Shown: positions 42,233-51,631 of the stretch, one piece after another
How the letters are laid out: every line of letters starts with the position of its first letter
Position numbering within the stretch: the stretch's first letter is position 1
Source of the DNA: an uncultured Candidatus Saccharibacteria bacterium
GTDB taxonomy: Bacteria; Patescibacteriota; Saccharimonadia; Saccharimonadales; JAGQNJ01
DNA: 64,000 nucleotides
Direction of reading: 5' to 3'
NCBI GenBank assembly: GCA_965231045.1
Contig: OZ246406.1
Span: 250,228-314,227, forward strand
The notes under the pieces: generated by a model
Databases searched by the model: none
Seen by the model: only the letters and a program-made list of their open reading frames with translations
What the model was told of the DNA's origin: nothing
Position numbers and translations under genes: made by a program

Positions 42233-42376
42233 ATATAGTTATGCATCCTGTTTTTATGATTCACCTCTGATTATACCGTAGGCATCTGATGAAGAACAAA
42301 TTATAAAAAAACTAGCTTTGTGCTACAGCTTATTTGATATAATATGGCGTAGGAAATGGAGTTATAGATTACACGC

Positions 42377-45346
42377 ATGAATACATCCAGGCGCCGTGGG
42401 CGCGTTAGCAAAAATCAGTTTACGACCAGGAGCGGAAACACTATAAAGATTCATCGAAGCATCTCCGATAAGTTACAGGCACGCAAAGATCAGCGTGTCC
42501 GAAGAAAAGCAGAACGCTTGCAAGGTTTACCAAAATCACCTGTTAAGCGATTCTTTTATCATTTTCAGCCAAAACGAATGTATCACTATTGGTTTAGTCG
42601 TGATGGTGGCATCATGGCTCTTAAAATTCTTGGCATCGGATTTATTGCCGGTTTCTTATTATTAGTTGGTTTATTTGCATATTTCCGAAAGGATCTTCCA
42701 AACCTTAAGGATATATCAGGCAACAATATTGGTGGGAGCATTAGATATTATGACCGTACAGGCCAGACATTGCTCTGGGAAGATTATGATGCTGTTAAAC
42801 GTATCCCTGTACATGAGAATGAAATTAACCAAAACATGAAGAATGCTACGATTGCTATTGAAGATAAAGACTTCTATAAGCATGGTGGTTTTGACGTACG
42901 CGGCATTGGTCGTGCAGCAGTAAACGATGCTTTAGGTAAAGGTGGTACTCAAGGTGGGTCAACAATAACCCAACAGCTCGTCAAGTTAACCCAGGACTGG
43001 TCTAAAGACCGGACTATTACGCGTAAAGTAAAAGAGTTGATTCTAGCCGTTGAACTTGAGAGAAGTTATTCCAAGAACGAAATATTAACTGGTTATCTTA
43101 ATACTGCACCTTACGGCGGTATTGAGTATGGTGTTGAATCAGCTTCGCGTGACTACTTCCAAAAGTCAGCCAAAGATTTAACATTAGCTGAAGCCAGTTT
43201 CTTAGCCGGGATCCCTAAGTCACCATCCTATTATTCACCGTACCAATCAGACTTTGCTGACAGCCAAGGTAAAGACGATCTAATTGCTCGTCAACACTAT
43301 ATTCTAGATCAAATGGTTGAGCAGAAAATGATCACCAAAGACCAGGCTGAAGAAGCCAAAAAAGTTGATGTAGTGGCCGAAGTAAAACCACCTCAACCTA
43401 AATTTAGTGGCATTAAATCTCCATGGTTTGTACTTGCAGCCAAGGAAGAACTTGAATCAAAGTTTGGAAGCCAAACTGTAAAGCGTGGTGGCTGGAGAGT
43501 AACAACTACAGTCGACCTGAACTTACAAAACATTGCTGAGGACCAAGTTAATAAGGGAATGCGTCAAGTTCGCGCACAAGGTGGTGACACGGCAGCTTTC
43601 GTGGCTGAAGACGTAAAAACTGGTCAGGTTGTAGCCCTTGTCGGAGGTTCTGACTTTAGCAATCCTACTTTTGGCCAAAACAACTATGCCGCTGACTATA
43701 AATTGCCGCCAGGCTCTAGTTTCAAACCATATGATTACACGGCTCTAATTGAACACAACAATAACTTTGGTGCTGGGTCTGTACTGTATGATACTGAGGG
43801 TCCGCTTCCTGGATATCCTTGTACTAATCACGCACACAAAACCGGTAACTGTTTGCAAGATTATGACTTCCGTACACCTGGACCTATGACTTTACGCTAT
43901 GCGCTTGGAGGTTCAAGAAACATTCCAGCAGTAAAGGCTATGCTTACCACTGGAATTGATAAGACCATTGAAACTGCCGATAAGCTAATGGGTAATAAAA
44001 ACGGCTATCAATGTTTTACTGACGAACAGCTGACCAAACCTGGTCCTTGTTATGCCTCCTCAGCTATTGGTGACGGTGCCTATCTGCACGTCACTGATCA
44101 TGTGAATGGCTATAGTACCTTGTCTCGAAACGGATTGCAGTATCCTCAAACCTTCATTCTTAAGATTGAAGATGCTGGCAATAAGAAAGTTGACGAATGG
44201 AAACAGCCTAAAGGTGATCAAGTGGTTCGCCCCGATTCAGCTTATATCGTAGCCGATATGATGAGTGATCCAAATGCTAGTTACTTCCCTGCTGGTCGTA
44301 AACCACATCGTTATAACAACGGTCAAGGCACATGGAAATTTGCCATGAAGACTGGTACGACCAACGACGGAAAAGACGGTTGGATGATGGGCTTCTCGAC
44401 TCAATATGCTGCAGGTGTTTGGGTTGGCTATCACAACCGCCAAAAAGTTATGAGTGGGACCATGGAAAACATGACTCAGCCAATTTGGCAGGGTTGGATG
44501 GACGCAGCACACAAGAATCTCAAACCAGAGGATAGAGTCAAGCCTAGTGGGGTTCAAACATTGCCAGCATACGTTGTGCGCTCGCATGTTGGTATAGGTT
44601 CGGTTGAGCCAAGTCCAGCGACAGACTTGTTCCCATCTTGGTATCAAAACAATAAGAAAGCTACCAACTCTAAGCGAACTATCGACAAAGTTTCTAACAA
44701 ACTCGCGACTGATTGTACTCCACCATTGGCACGACAAGATGTAACTGATGCTGCCGCAGATCAGTTCTCAGGCGACCAGTTTACAGGAGCAGGTGGAAGT
44801 AATGCTGACACGTCTTCACAAGATGACGTTCACAAGTGTGAAGATGTAAAACCTTCGATCAGTCTAAGCGCTTCACCAAACGGTGATGGTAGTTATGAAC
44901 TTAGCGCTACAGTAAATCAAGGAACCCACCCACTATCTAGTGACAAATTTAAGGGCACCGTAATATTTACTGTTAATGGGCAGCAATTAGCTGGTGGATC
45001 CTTCGGAATCGACAGCCCCGGTACAGTTACATATCATAACTACCGACCTGACGGAGACGTCACTGTTAACGCCCAAGTAATTGATAGCGTTCTATACGAT
45101 GCAACAAGTAGCGCGTCAGTTGCTGCAAGCGGCTCTGCTTCCACTCCACTAGGAAACTTACAACGAAGTGGTGGCGTTTACACATGGACAGGAGGTGTTG
45201 GCACTGTAACAGTCTTTAAGGGAACTTCTGGTAGTGGTTTCGAGCTTTGTCATGCACCGGCTACAACAACAAACTGTTCAGGGATACCACCAGGTGGTTC
45301 GTATTCTGCTCGTGACAGCAACGGCACTGTTGCTGTTGGCTCCTAA
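42377..45346 (+). CDS. class A penicillin-binding protein (transglycosylase/transpeptidase) with C-terminal extension
   Basis: EDKDFYKHGG, GGSTITQQLVK, RKVKE; SSFK, SRN, KTGT motifs. Confidence 0.95.
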   Translation: MNTSRRRGRVSKNQFTTRSGNTIKIHRSISDKLQARKDQRVRRKAERLQGLPKSPVKRFFYHFQPKRMYHYWFSRDGGIMALKILGIGFIAGFLLLVGLFAYFRKDLPNLKDISGNNIGGSIRYYDRTGQTLLWEDYDAVKRIPVHENEINQNMKNATIAIEDKDFYKHGGFDVRGIGRAAVNDALGKGGTQGGSTITQQLVKLTQDWSKDRTITRKVKELILAVELERSYSKNEILTGYLNTAPYGGIEYGVESASRDYFQKSAKDLTLAEASFLAGIPKSPSYYSPYQSDFADSQGKDDLIARQHYILDQMVEQKMITKDQAEEAKKVDVVAEVKPPQPKFSGIKSPWFVLAAKEELESKFGSQTVKRGGWRVTTTVDLNLQNIAEDQVNKGMRQVRAQGGDTAAFVAEDVKTGQVVALVGGSDFSNPTFGQNNYAADYKLPPGSSFKPYDYTALIEHNNNFGAGSVLYDTEGPLPGYPCTNHAHKTGNCLQDYDFRTPGPMTLRYALGGSRNIPAVKAMLTTGIDKTIETADKLMGNKNGYQCFTDEQLTKPGPCYASSAIGDGAYLHVTDHVNGYSTLSRNGLQYPQTFILKIEDAGNKKVDEWKQPKGDQVVRPDSAYIVADMMSDPNASYFPAGRKPHRYNNGQGTWKFAMKTGTTNDGKDGWMMGFSTQYAAGVWVGYHNRQKVMSGTMENMTQPIWQGWMDAAHKNLKPEDRVKPSGVQTLPAYVVRSHVGIGSVEPSPATDLFPSWYQNNKKATNSKRTIDKVSNKLATDCTPPLARQDVTDAAADQFSGDQFTGAGGSNADTSSQDDVHKCEDVKPSISLSASPNGDGSYELSATVNQGTHPLSSDKFKGTVIFTVNGQQLAGGSFGIDSPGTVTYHNYRPDGDVTVNAQVIDSVLYDATSSASVAASGSASTPLGNLQRSGGVYTWTGGVGTVTVFKGTSGSGFELCHAPATTTNCSGIPPGGSYSARDSNGTVAVGS

Positions 45347-45350
45347 TAAT

Positions 45351-46688
45351 TTAGATCTCTAGAAAAGTATTGAGAGCAGTTCGAACGTTTGCTACCCCAT
45401 GAAGTAAGGCTGGTTTTTTACCAGTCTTTACGACTGGACCAATCGCAGTATCGAAACCAAGTTTTTTGGCTTCGGCGATGCGTTTTTCGATAAACGGTAC
45501 GTGACGAACTTCACCAGATAGCCCAATTTCCCCAAAAACCACAGCATTTTGCTTAAGTTGCATCCCCTTGCTGGCCGAGGCGATGGCCATACAAACTGCC
45601 AGATCAGCGGCCGGCTCTGTCACCCGAATACCACCAACCATATTTATGTAGACATCTTTATCGAACAAATCAAGCTTGGTGCGCCGTTCTAACATAGCAA
45701 TGAGTAGATTTACCCGATTGAGGTCAATACCACTTGCGGCACGCTTAGGATAGCCATACGAAGTCTTATTCACTAAGGCTTGGACTTCGACAAGCACCGG
45801 CCTTGTACCTTCCATAGTAGCTAGCACAATTGAACCGTCGGTTACTTGCCGTTCAGCCAACAATGCTTTCGATGGATTATCAACTGACTGCAACCCATCA
45901 TCAACCATTTCAAAGATGGCTACCTCATTAGTTGAGCCAAAACGATTCTTGACGCTTCTTAGGACTTTAAAGCCACCATATCGGTCACCTTCGAGCTGCA
46001 AAACAACATCAACTATATGTTCTAAGATTTTTGGCCCGGCTATGGCGCCTTCTTTGGTGACGTGACCGACCAATACGACCGCTGTGTTCGACTTTTTGGC
46101 TACTGACATCAACATATGAGTGCTACTCGTTATTTGGCTAGCTGTACCAGCCGCACTTTTTAATTGCGCACAAGTAATAGTTTGGATTGAGTCAACAATC
46201 ACCAGATCATACCTGCCCTCACTTATGCTTTGGGCAATATCATCAGCAAACGAAGCCGTGGCTATTTCGAGTTTAGCATTATTAGCCTTAAGTCTTTTGG
46301 CTCTTAGCCCAACCTGGTGTGCCGATTCTTCACCGCTGACATAAAGTACTCTGTGATTCTTGGCAACAGCATTGCTGATCTGCAACAGTAAGGTACTCTT
46401 ACCAATACCTGGTTCCCCGGCAATTAGTATTACACTGCCCGGGACAATTCCTCCGCCAAACACGACATCAGACTCACCTATTGCCACATTTAGGCGCTTA
46501 GAGTCATTTTTGGCCGCTACAGTTACTTTTTGAGTTACAAGTGCTTTACCATTCGAGGTTTGGGCCTGGTCGTCATTGAGTTGCTCCTCAAGGGTATTCC
46601 ATTCGCCACACACATGGCACTTACCTGCCCATGTGCTGCTTTCTGCGCCACAGTTATTACATACATATCGCATTGCACCTTTTGCCAT
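45351..46688 (-). CDS. radA: DNA repair protein RadA/Sms
   Basis: C4 zinc finger, GEPGIGKSTLLLQ, KNRFG, GEIGLSGEVR. Confidence 0.98.
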   Translation of the reverse strand: MAKGAMRYVCNNCGAESSTWAGKCHVCGEWNTLEEQLNDDQAQTSNGKALVTQKVTVAAKNDSKRLNVAIGESDVVFGGGIVPGSVILIAGEPGIGKSTLLLQISNAVAKNHRVLYVSGEESAHQVGLRAKRLKANNAKLEIATASFADDIAQSISEGRYDLVIVDSIQTITCAQLKSAAGTASQITSSTHMLMSVAKKSNTAVVLVGHVTKEGAIAGPKILEHIVDVVLQLEGDRYGGFKVLRSVKNRFGSTNEVAIFEMVDDGLQSVDNPSKALLAERQVTDGSIVLATMEGTRPVLVEVQALVNKTSYGYPKRAASGIDLNRVNLLIAMLERRTKLDLFDKDVYINMVGGIRVTEPAADLAVCMAIASASKGMQLKQNAVVFGEIGLSGEVRHVPFIEKRIAEAKKLGFDTAIGPVVKTGKKPALLHGVANVRTALNTFLEI

Positions 46689-46712
46689 CGTCTTAATAGT
46701 CTAGCAGACTCT

Positions 46713-47702
46713 CTACTGGGTCGAAATGTTCTTAGGTCTAGAATCTATGGCTTTTGCCAGATCATTCACTTCCAGAGCTAATTCATTACGTTTTTTGACA
46801 ATATCGTTATACTCAGCAATAAGCGCTGTAGTAGACTTCGCCAAACTGTTATAGGAGGCAACTTTAGCATTAAATGAGTTCACACCAGCGTTATATTCAG
46901 AGTAGTTTTTGTTAGCTAAAAGCTGGTTTAACTGGGCTCTTTCTGACTGGAGTTCTGATTCTTGTTGACTTAATTTCGCCTGGTTTTGATCAATCTGTGT
47001 TTTCATTGCACTTAGTTGTTGATCATATGTTTTGACTTGGTTTTGGCGAGAGTTAAATTCGCTCTCATACTTGTCTGAGTAATCAACAATCTTCGAACGA
47101 TTAGCAAAATACTTACTATAATGGGCTTCTAATTCTGGAGTTAAATTTCGAACTTCACTACCGAGTATTGAGTGTAATTCATTAGGTACAACACTAGGAT
47201 CGGCTTTTCGATATTGCTCCACCGTATCACGTATACGCTGATCTGTTACCTTCGAAAAAGCTTCAGCCGTCATGGCATCGACTTTCTTTTTATCAGCCGA
47301 CGAAAGTCGATCGTATTCAGCGTGAAGTAGTTCGTGAGCGGCTGTGACTTCCTTTATGCCGTCAAGCCGTGGATCAGTGACATTATAAAGATATATACCG
47401 CGACCATTAACGTAGCACCCTAGAACAATGGTATGTTCTGCCTGAGTACAGTTATTTACAAATTGTTCACTACTCTCAATGGACGGATGATTAGCGTAGA
47501 AAACATTAGTGGTAGCACTATTCATAGTCGTGTTTGTTGCCAGTGCTTGAATCTCAGCAGGAGGCGTATAACCTCTTAATCGCCACCAATCGTATATTTC
47601 AAAACGATTAACCCAAAATAAAACAGGTAGCGCCAGCAGTATTAGAAAAAATAATAGCTTTAGTAGCGAGCGAAAATTAGATGATTGTGGTTTTGGGGGC
47701 AT
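46713..47702 (-). CDS. membrane-anchored HEXXH protein with coiled-coil C-terminus
   Basis: N-terminal TM, AAHELLHA, NELHS, heptad-rich tail. Confidence 0.75.
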   Translation of the reverse strand: MPPKPQSSNFRSLLKLLFFLILLALPVLFWVNRFEIYDWWRLRGYTPPAEIQALATNTTMNSATTNVFYANHPSIESSEQFVNNCTQAEHTIVLGCYVNGRGIYLYNVTDPRLDGIKEVTAAHELLHAEYDRLSSADKKKVDAMTAEAFSKVTDQRIRDTVEQYRKADPSVVPNELHSILGSEVRNLTPELEAHYSKYFANRSKIVDYSDKYESEFNSRQNQVKTYDQQLSAMKTQIDQNQAKLSQQESELQSERAQLNQLLANKNYSEYNAGVNSFNAKVASYNSLAKSTTALIAEYNDIVKKRNELALEVNDLAKAIDSRPKNISTQ

Positions 47703-47732
47703 TAGCTATATTATAACGCCAAAAAACTTAGA

Positions 47733-50207
47733 TTATTCTGAAATAATACTGTAGTTCAGGTCTTTGTTCTTGGTTCCAACTTCTATAATATCGCCCTTAT
47801 TGTAATGCTCGTGGAGCAATTCTGAAGCTATGTAATCCTCAATTGTATCTTGAATCAAACGACGCATTGGTCGAACACCATTTTGAGCATCATAACCGTG
47901 TTCAAGTAGATAGTTCTTTGCCGAAGCATTAAGTTTAAGGCCAAGCCCGTGCTTGACTAATCTCTCGCGTAAATCATTAATCTGTATCTCAAGGATTCGT
48001 GAAATATCATGTTTAGTGAGCGCTCGAAAGACAATGACTTTATCAATTCTATTGAGTAGCTCGGGACGTAGCATCTTCTTAAGCTCTTGTTGGACCTTAT
48101 CTTTATTGGCTTCATGGAGCTTATCAAGATCCTTAAGATCTGATTCATCATTAGCTGAGAAGCCAAGGTCAACTTCTTTTTGAAGCTTATCAGCACCGAG
48201 ATTACTGGTCATTATGACTATCGTATTCGTGAAGTCAATCTTGCGACCTTTGGCGTCGGTAAGCCGACCGTCTTCTAGAATCTGCAATAGCATATTGAAA
48301 ACTTCAGGGTGAGCTTTTTCGATTTCATCAAATAACACCAAGCTGTATGGCTGTCGCCTAATCTTATCTGTTAGCTGACCACCCTCGTCATAACCAACAT
48401 AGCCAGCTGGCGCACCAACAAGTCTAGAAACAGTATGCTTCTCAGCAAACTCACTCATATCGATTTTAATCATAGCTTCTTCGCTGCCGAAGAATTCTCG
48501 GGCAAGAACACGTGCGAGCTCAGTTTTACCAACGCCAGTTGGTCCCAAGAAGATGAATGAACCTATAGGTCGTCGACCATCACTTATCCCAGAACGATTA
48601 CGTCTGACTGCTTTGGACACTACATCCAAGGCTTCCTGTTGGCCAATAATGTGTTTCCCTAGTGTTTTTTCAAGATTTAACAAATACTTGGCTTCTGATC
48701 GAATAACTTTTCTCACAGGTACACCGGTCATCCTGGCCACTACTTCAGCGATATCTTCACTCGTCATGACGATTCTTTTGGTAGCCTTCTCATGGGCCTG
48801 CAACTTCTTAAGTTCCTCATAAATCTGACTAGCGCGCGTCTTGTATTGGGCGGCCTTCTCATAATCTTCAGCATCAACGGCGTCTTCAATTCGAGTATTA
48901 ACCAGTTTCAATTCCTTCTGAAGTTTGCGTACTTCAGGTGGTGTACGACCTTTATCAATTCGAAGGTGCGCAGCAGTTTCATCCAATAGATCAATCGCTT
49001 TATCTGGCATATAACGGTCATTAATATACCGTTTGGCTAGCCCTACAGTATCCTCAAGAACTTCATCACTAATTTTTACTCCGTGGAACTTTTCATAATG
49101 CTTTTTCAAGCCTTTTAGAATAGATAAGGTTTCGGCTGGGGTTGTTTCAGGTACTTGTACAGGCTGGAAACGTCGTTCTAGAGCGGCGTCTTTTTCAATA
49201 TGTTTACTGTATTCGGCAGTCGTTGTCGCGCCTATGACCTGAATTTTTCCGCGAGCTAAAGCTGGCTTTAGAATATTGCCAGCATCCATAGCTCCTTCTG
49301 CAGCTCCGGCACCAACAATCAAATGCAACTCATCAATAAAAATTATAGTCTTGCTATCATTTTCTAATTCGCTCATGACTTTTTTAAGTCGTTCTTCAAA
49401 TTCTCCCCTATACTTCGTTCCAGCAATCATACCTGCTAGGTCTAGTAGTACTATTCGCTTATCAATTAAGCTATCTGGAACATCCTCATTCACAATTCGC
49501 TGAGCTAACCCCTCGACAATCGCAGTCTTACCCACACCTGGCTCCCCAATCAGCACAGCGTTGTTCTTGGTTCGACGGTTAAGAATCGTTACGACTCGAC
49601 GTATTTGTGCCTCACGTCCAACAACCGGGTCAAGCTTACCTGAGCGGGCTTGGGCAGTTAAATCTGTACCAAAGAAATCCAATGCCGTTTTACGTCCCTT
49701 TTTAGTTCGACGTCGGGCGGTACCTTGCCCATCCTCCTCATATTGTTGACGATTCAGAAACTGCTCTAATTCACTGACAAGTGAATCTACGTCAATACTC
49801 ATATCTTTTAGGAGTAATGTTGCTCGGGCGTTTTTTTGACTCAAAATACTGTATAGAATGTGTTCGGTACCACAATGCTCTTGATTGAAATCTTGAGCAA
49901 TGTCATAGGCCATCTTGAGAGTTAGTTTAGCTGTTTCACTCAAACCCTTGGCGCCCATATTCATAACCATAGTTTTTGGTGTCAGATTTAGCGCCACTCG
50001 CGCACGATCTAGTGTAACACCGACATTTTCAAGCACCTTGGCTCCCATAGAACTTTCTTGGGCCAAAACTCCTAATAACAAATGTTCTGTACCAATGTAG
50101 GCACTGCCGAAACTTCTCGCAATAGCATCGGCATGCTTAAGGCTCTGCAGCGCATTGTCAGTAAGGTGCTGCAAAAAATCTTGAAAGTCTGGTGATTGTG
50201 GCATCAT
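47733..50207 (-). CDS. clpC: ATP-dependent Clp protease ATP-binding subunit ClpC
   Basis: Clp N repeats, [11 protein letters not shown]-like M domain, [17 protein letters not shown]. Confidence 0.95.
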   Translation of the reverse strand: MMPQSPDFQDFLQHLTDNALQSLKHADAIARSFGSAYIGTEHLLLGVLAQESSMGAKVLENVGVTLDRARVALNLTPKTMVMNMGAKGLSETAKLTLKMAYDIAQDFNQEHCGTEHILYSILSQKNARATLLLKDMSIDVDSLVSELEQFLNRQQYEEDGQGTARRRTKKGRKTALDFFGTDLTAQARSGKLDPVVGREAQIRRVVTILNRRTKNNAVLIGEPGVGKTAIVEGLAQRIVNEDVPDSLIDKRIVLLDLAGMIAGTKYRGEFEERLKKVMSELENDSKTIIFIDELHLIVGAGAAEGAMDAGNILKPALARGKIQVIGATTTAEYSKHIEKDAALERRFQPVQVPETTPAETLSILKGLKKHYEKFHGVKISDEVLEDTVGLAKRYINDRYMPDKAIDLLDETAAHLRIDKGRTPPEVRKLQKELKLVNTRIEDAVDAEDYEKAAQYKTRASQIYEELKKLQAHEKATKRIVMTSEDIAEVVARMTGVPVRKVIRSEAKYLLNLEKTLGKHIIGQQEALDVVSKAVRRNRSGISDGRRPIGSFIFLGPTGVGKTELARVLAREFFGSEEAMIKIDMSEFAEKHTVSRLVGAPAGYVGYDEGGQLTDKIRRQPYSLVLFDEIEKAHPEVFNMLLQILEDGRLTDAKGRKIDFTNTIVIMTSNLGADKLQKEVDLGFSANDESDLKDLDKLHEANKDKVQQELKKMLRPELLNRIDKVIVFRALTKHDISRILEIQINDLRERLVKHGLGLKLNASAKNYLLEHGYDAQNGVRPMRRLIQDTIEDYIASELLHEHYNKGDIIEVGTKNKDLNYSIISE

Positions 50208-50272
50208 ATACTTATTTTACCCCTATCCCGCGATTTTTCTTAGTATCGCTAATAGATAATATAAGTCATGAA

Positions 50273-50299
50273 TTAGCACTCGTCAACCCAGAGTGCTAA
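50273..50299. promoter_or_regulatory. CIRCE element overlapping the clpC promoter
   Basis: Exact TTAGCACTC-N9-GAGTGCTAA; minus strand TTGACG-17-TATATT. Confidence 0.92.
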
Positions 50300-50312
50300 T
50301 TTACATCGTCAG

Positions 50313-51491
50313 CTATTCTTTATCGTCAGTACCGTGTTCTTCGATAGCTTCAAGTAGACTATTCTCTAGTTCTGATTTTTTCTTCAGTTTTGGAGGTTGC
50401 TTTGGCTTTTCCTCGGCTGGTTTTTCAGCTGGTTCATCAGAAGGAGCGGTTTCTTTACTGCCTGTGATATCAAGTTCGTAACCAGTTAGTTTGCTGGCCA
50501 GGCGGACGTTTTGACCACTTTTACCAATCGCAATACTCAGCTGATCTTCTGGCACAACAACAGTTGCTTTCTTGTTCTTTTCGTCAATATTAACTTTATC
50601 AACTTTGGTTGGGCTTAATGCATTAGTAATGTAGGTTGCTGTGTCTTCGTCCCAAACAACAATATCAATCTTTTCCTGTTCGCCAATTTCACTCATTACT
50701 GCATTAACACGTGTACCATGGCCGCCAACAAACGTTCCAACCGGGTCAACACCTGGTACTGTACTGTGAACAGCAATTTTACTACGCACTCCGGCTTCAC
50801 GAGAAATATTCTTAATCTCAACTGCGCCGCTTTCCATTTCAGGAACTTCACCACGGAATAGCCACTCAACGAACTCGGTATTACCACGAGATACAATCAG
50901 CTGTGGACCACGTTGACCACGCTCAACATCTTTTAAAAATACCTTAACGCGCTGTCCAGGATAATAGTGTTCGCCTTGGATTTGTTCGCTTCCAGGCATA
51001 ATAGCTTGGGCTTTACCCAAGTCAACTCGAACTAAGCGACCTTCTACACGGGCAACAATGCCGTTGATCACTGTTCCAATCTTATCCTCATATTCATTCA
51101 TGATTATTTCACGCTCTGCTTCGCGTAGACGCTGCAAGATAACCTGCTTAGCAGTTTGAGCTGCCACACGGCCAAAGTTTTTGACTTCTTCGTGGACTTC
51201 AATAGTTTCACCAACTTTAGCGTTCTTTCGTCGCACTTGCGCATCAGCTAGGCTGATCTCAACACGATCATCATCAACTTTGTCGACAATTTCTTTAGTT
51301 ACGTAGGCATCAACATCGCCATTGTTAAGATTCATCGTTACGCGCACTTCTTGCTCTCGATCGCCATAATCACGTCGGTAGGCAGCAGCAAGGGCTTGCT
51401 CAACGATACTTTGTACTTCTTCTTCTGGGAGGTTTTTCTCCTCAGCTATTGTTCGCACCGCTAGTGCGAGTTGTTTCATATCTAATTCCAT
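50313..51491 (-). CDS. nusA: transcription termination factor NusA
   Basis: FGRVAAQTAKQVI, REAGVRSKIAV, AIGKSGQNVRLASKLTG; start at MELDM after an AGAAAGG SD. Confidence 0.97.
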   Translation of the reverse strand: MELDMKQLALAVRTIAEEKNLPEEEVQSIVEQALAAAYRRDYGDREQEVRVTMNLNNGDVDAYVTKEIVDKVDDDRVEISLADAQVRRKNAKVGETIEVHEEVKNFGRVAAQTAKQVILQRLREAEREIIMNEYEDKIGTVINGIVARVEGRLVRVDLGKAQAIMPGSEQIQGEHYYPGQRVKVFLKDVERGQRGPQLIVSRGNTEFVEWLFRGEVPEMESGAVEIKNISREAGVRSKIAVHSTVPGVDPVGTFVGGHGTRVNAVMSEIGEQEKIDIVVWDEDTATYITNALSPTKVDKVNIDEKNKKATVVVPEDQLSIAIGKSGQNVRLASKLTGYELDITGSKETAPSDEPAEKPAEEKPKQPPKLKKKSELENSLLEAIEEHGTDDKE

Positions 51492-51526
51492 ATTTTTTTC
51501 CTTTCTAAAATGGTCCCTCAGAATGT

Positions 51527-51590
51527 AAAAAATCGACCTGCCGGCCGACTTAACACTATTAATAATACTAGAGATCGCCAATTTGGTCAA
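51527..51590 (-). promoter_or_regulatory. nusA promoter with leader terminator/attenuator
   Basis: TTGACC-17-TATTAT, then AAGTCGGCC-GGCA-GGTCGATTTTTT before the SD. Confidence 0.7.
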
Positions 51591-51631
51591 TCAGATCACC
51601 TATCTTAGGGACACGTGGTAAAATGAGCCTC

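Noticed and set aside
42229-42264. 11-codon uORF (MNHKNRMHNYI*) overlapping the tyrS start as a Tyr leader
   Set aside because: Only one Tyr codon and no terminator/antiterminator; easily chance
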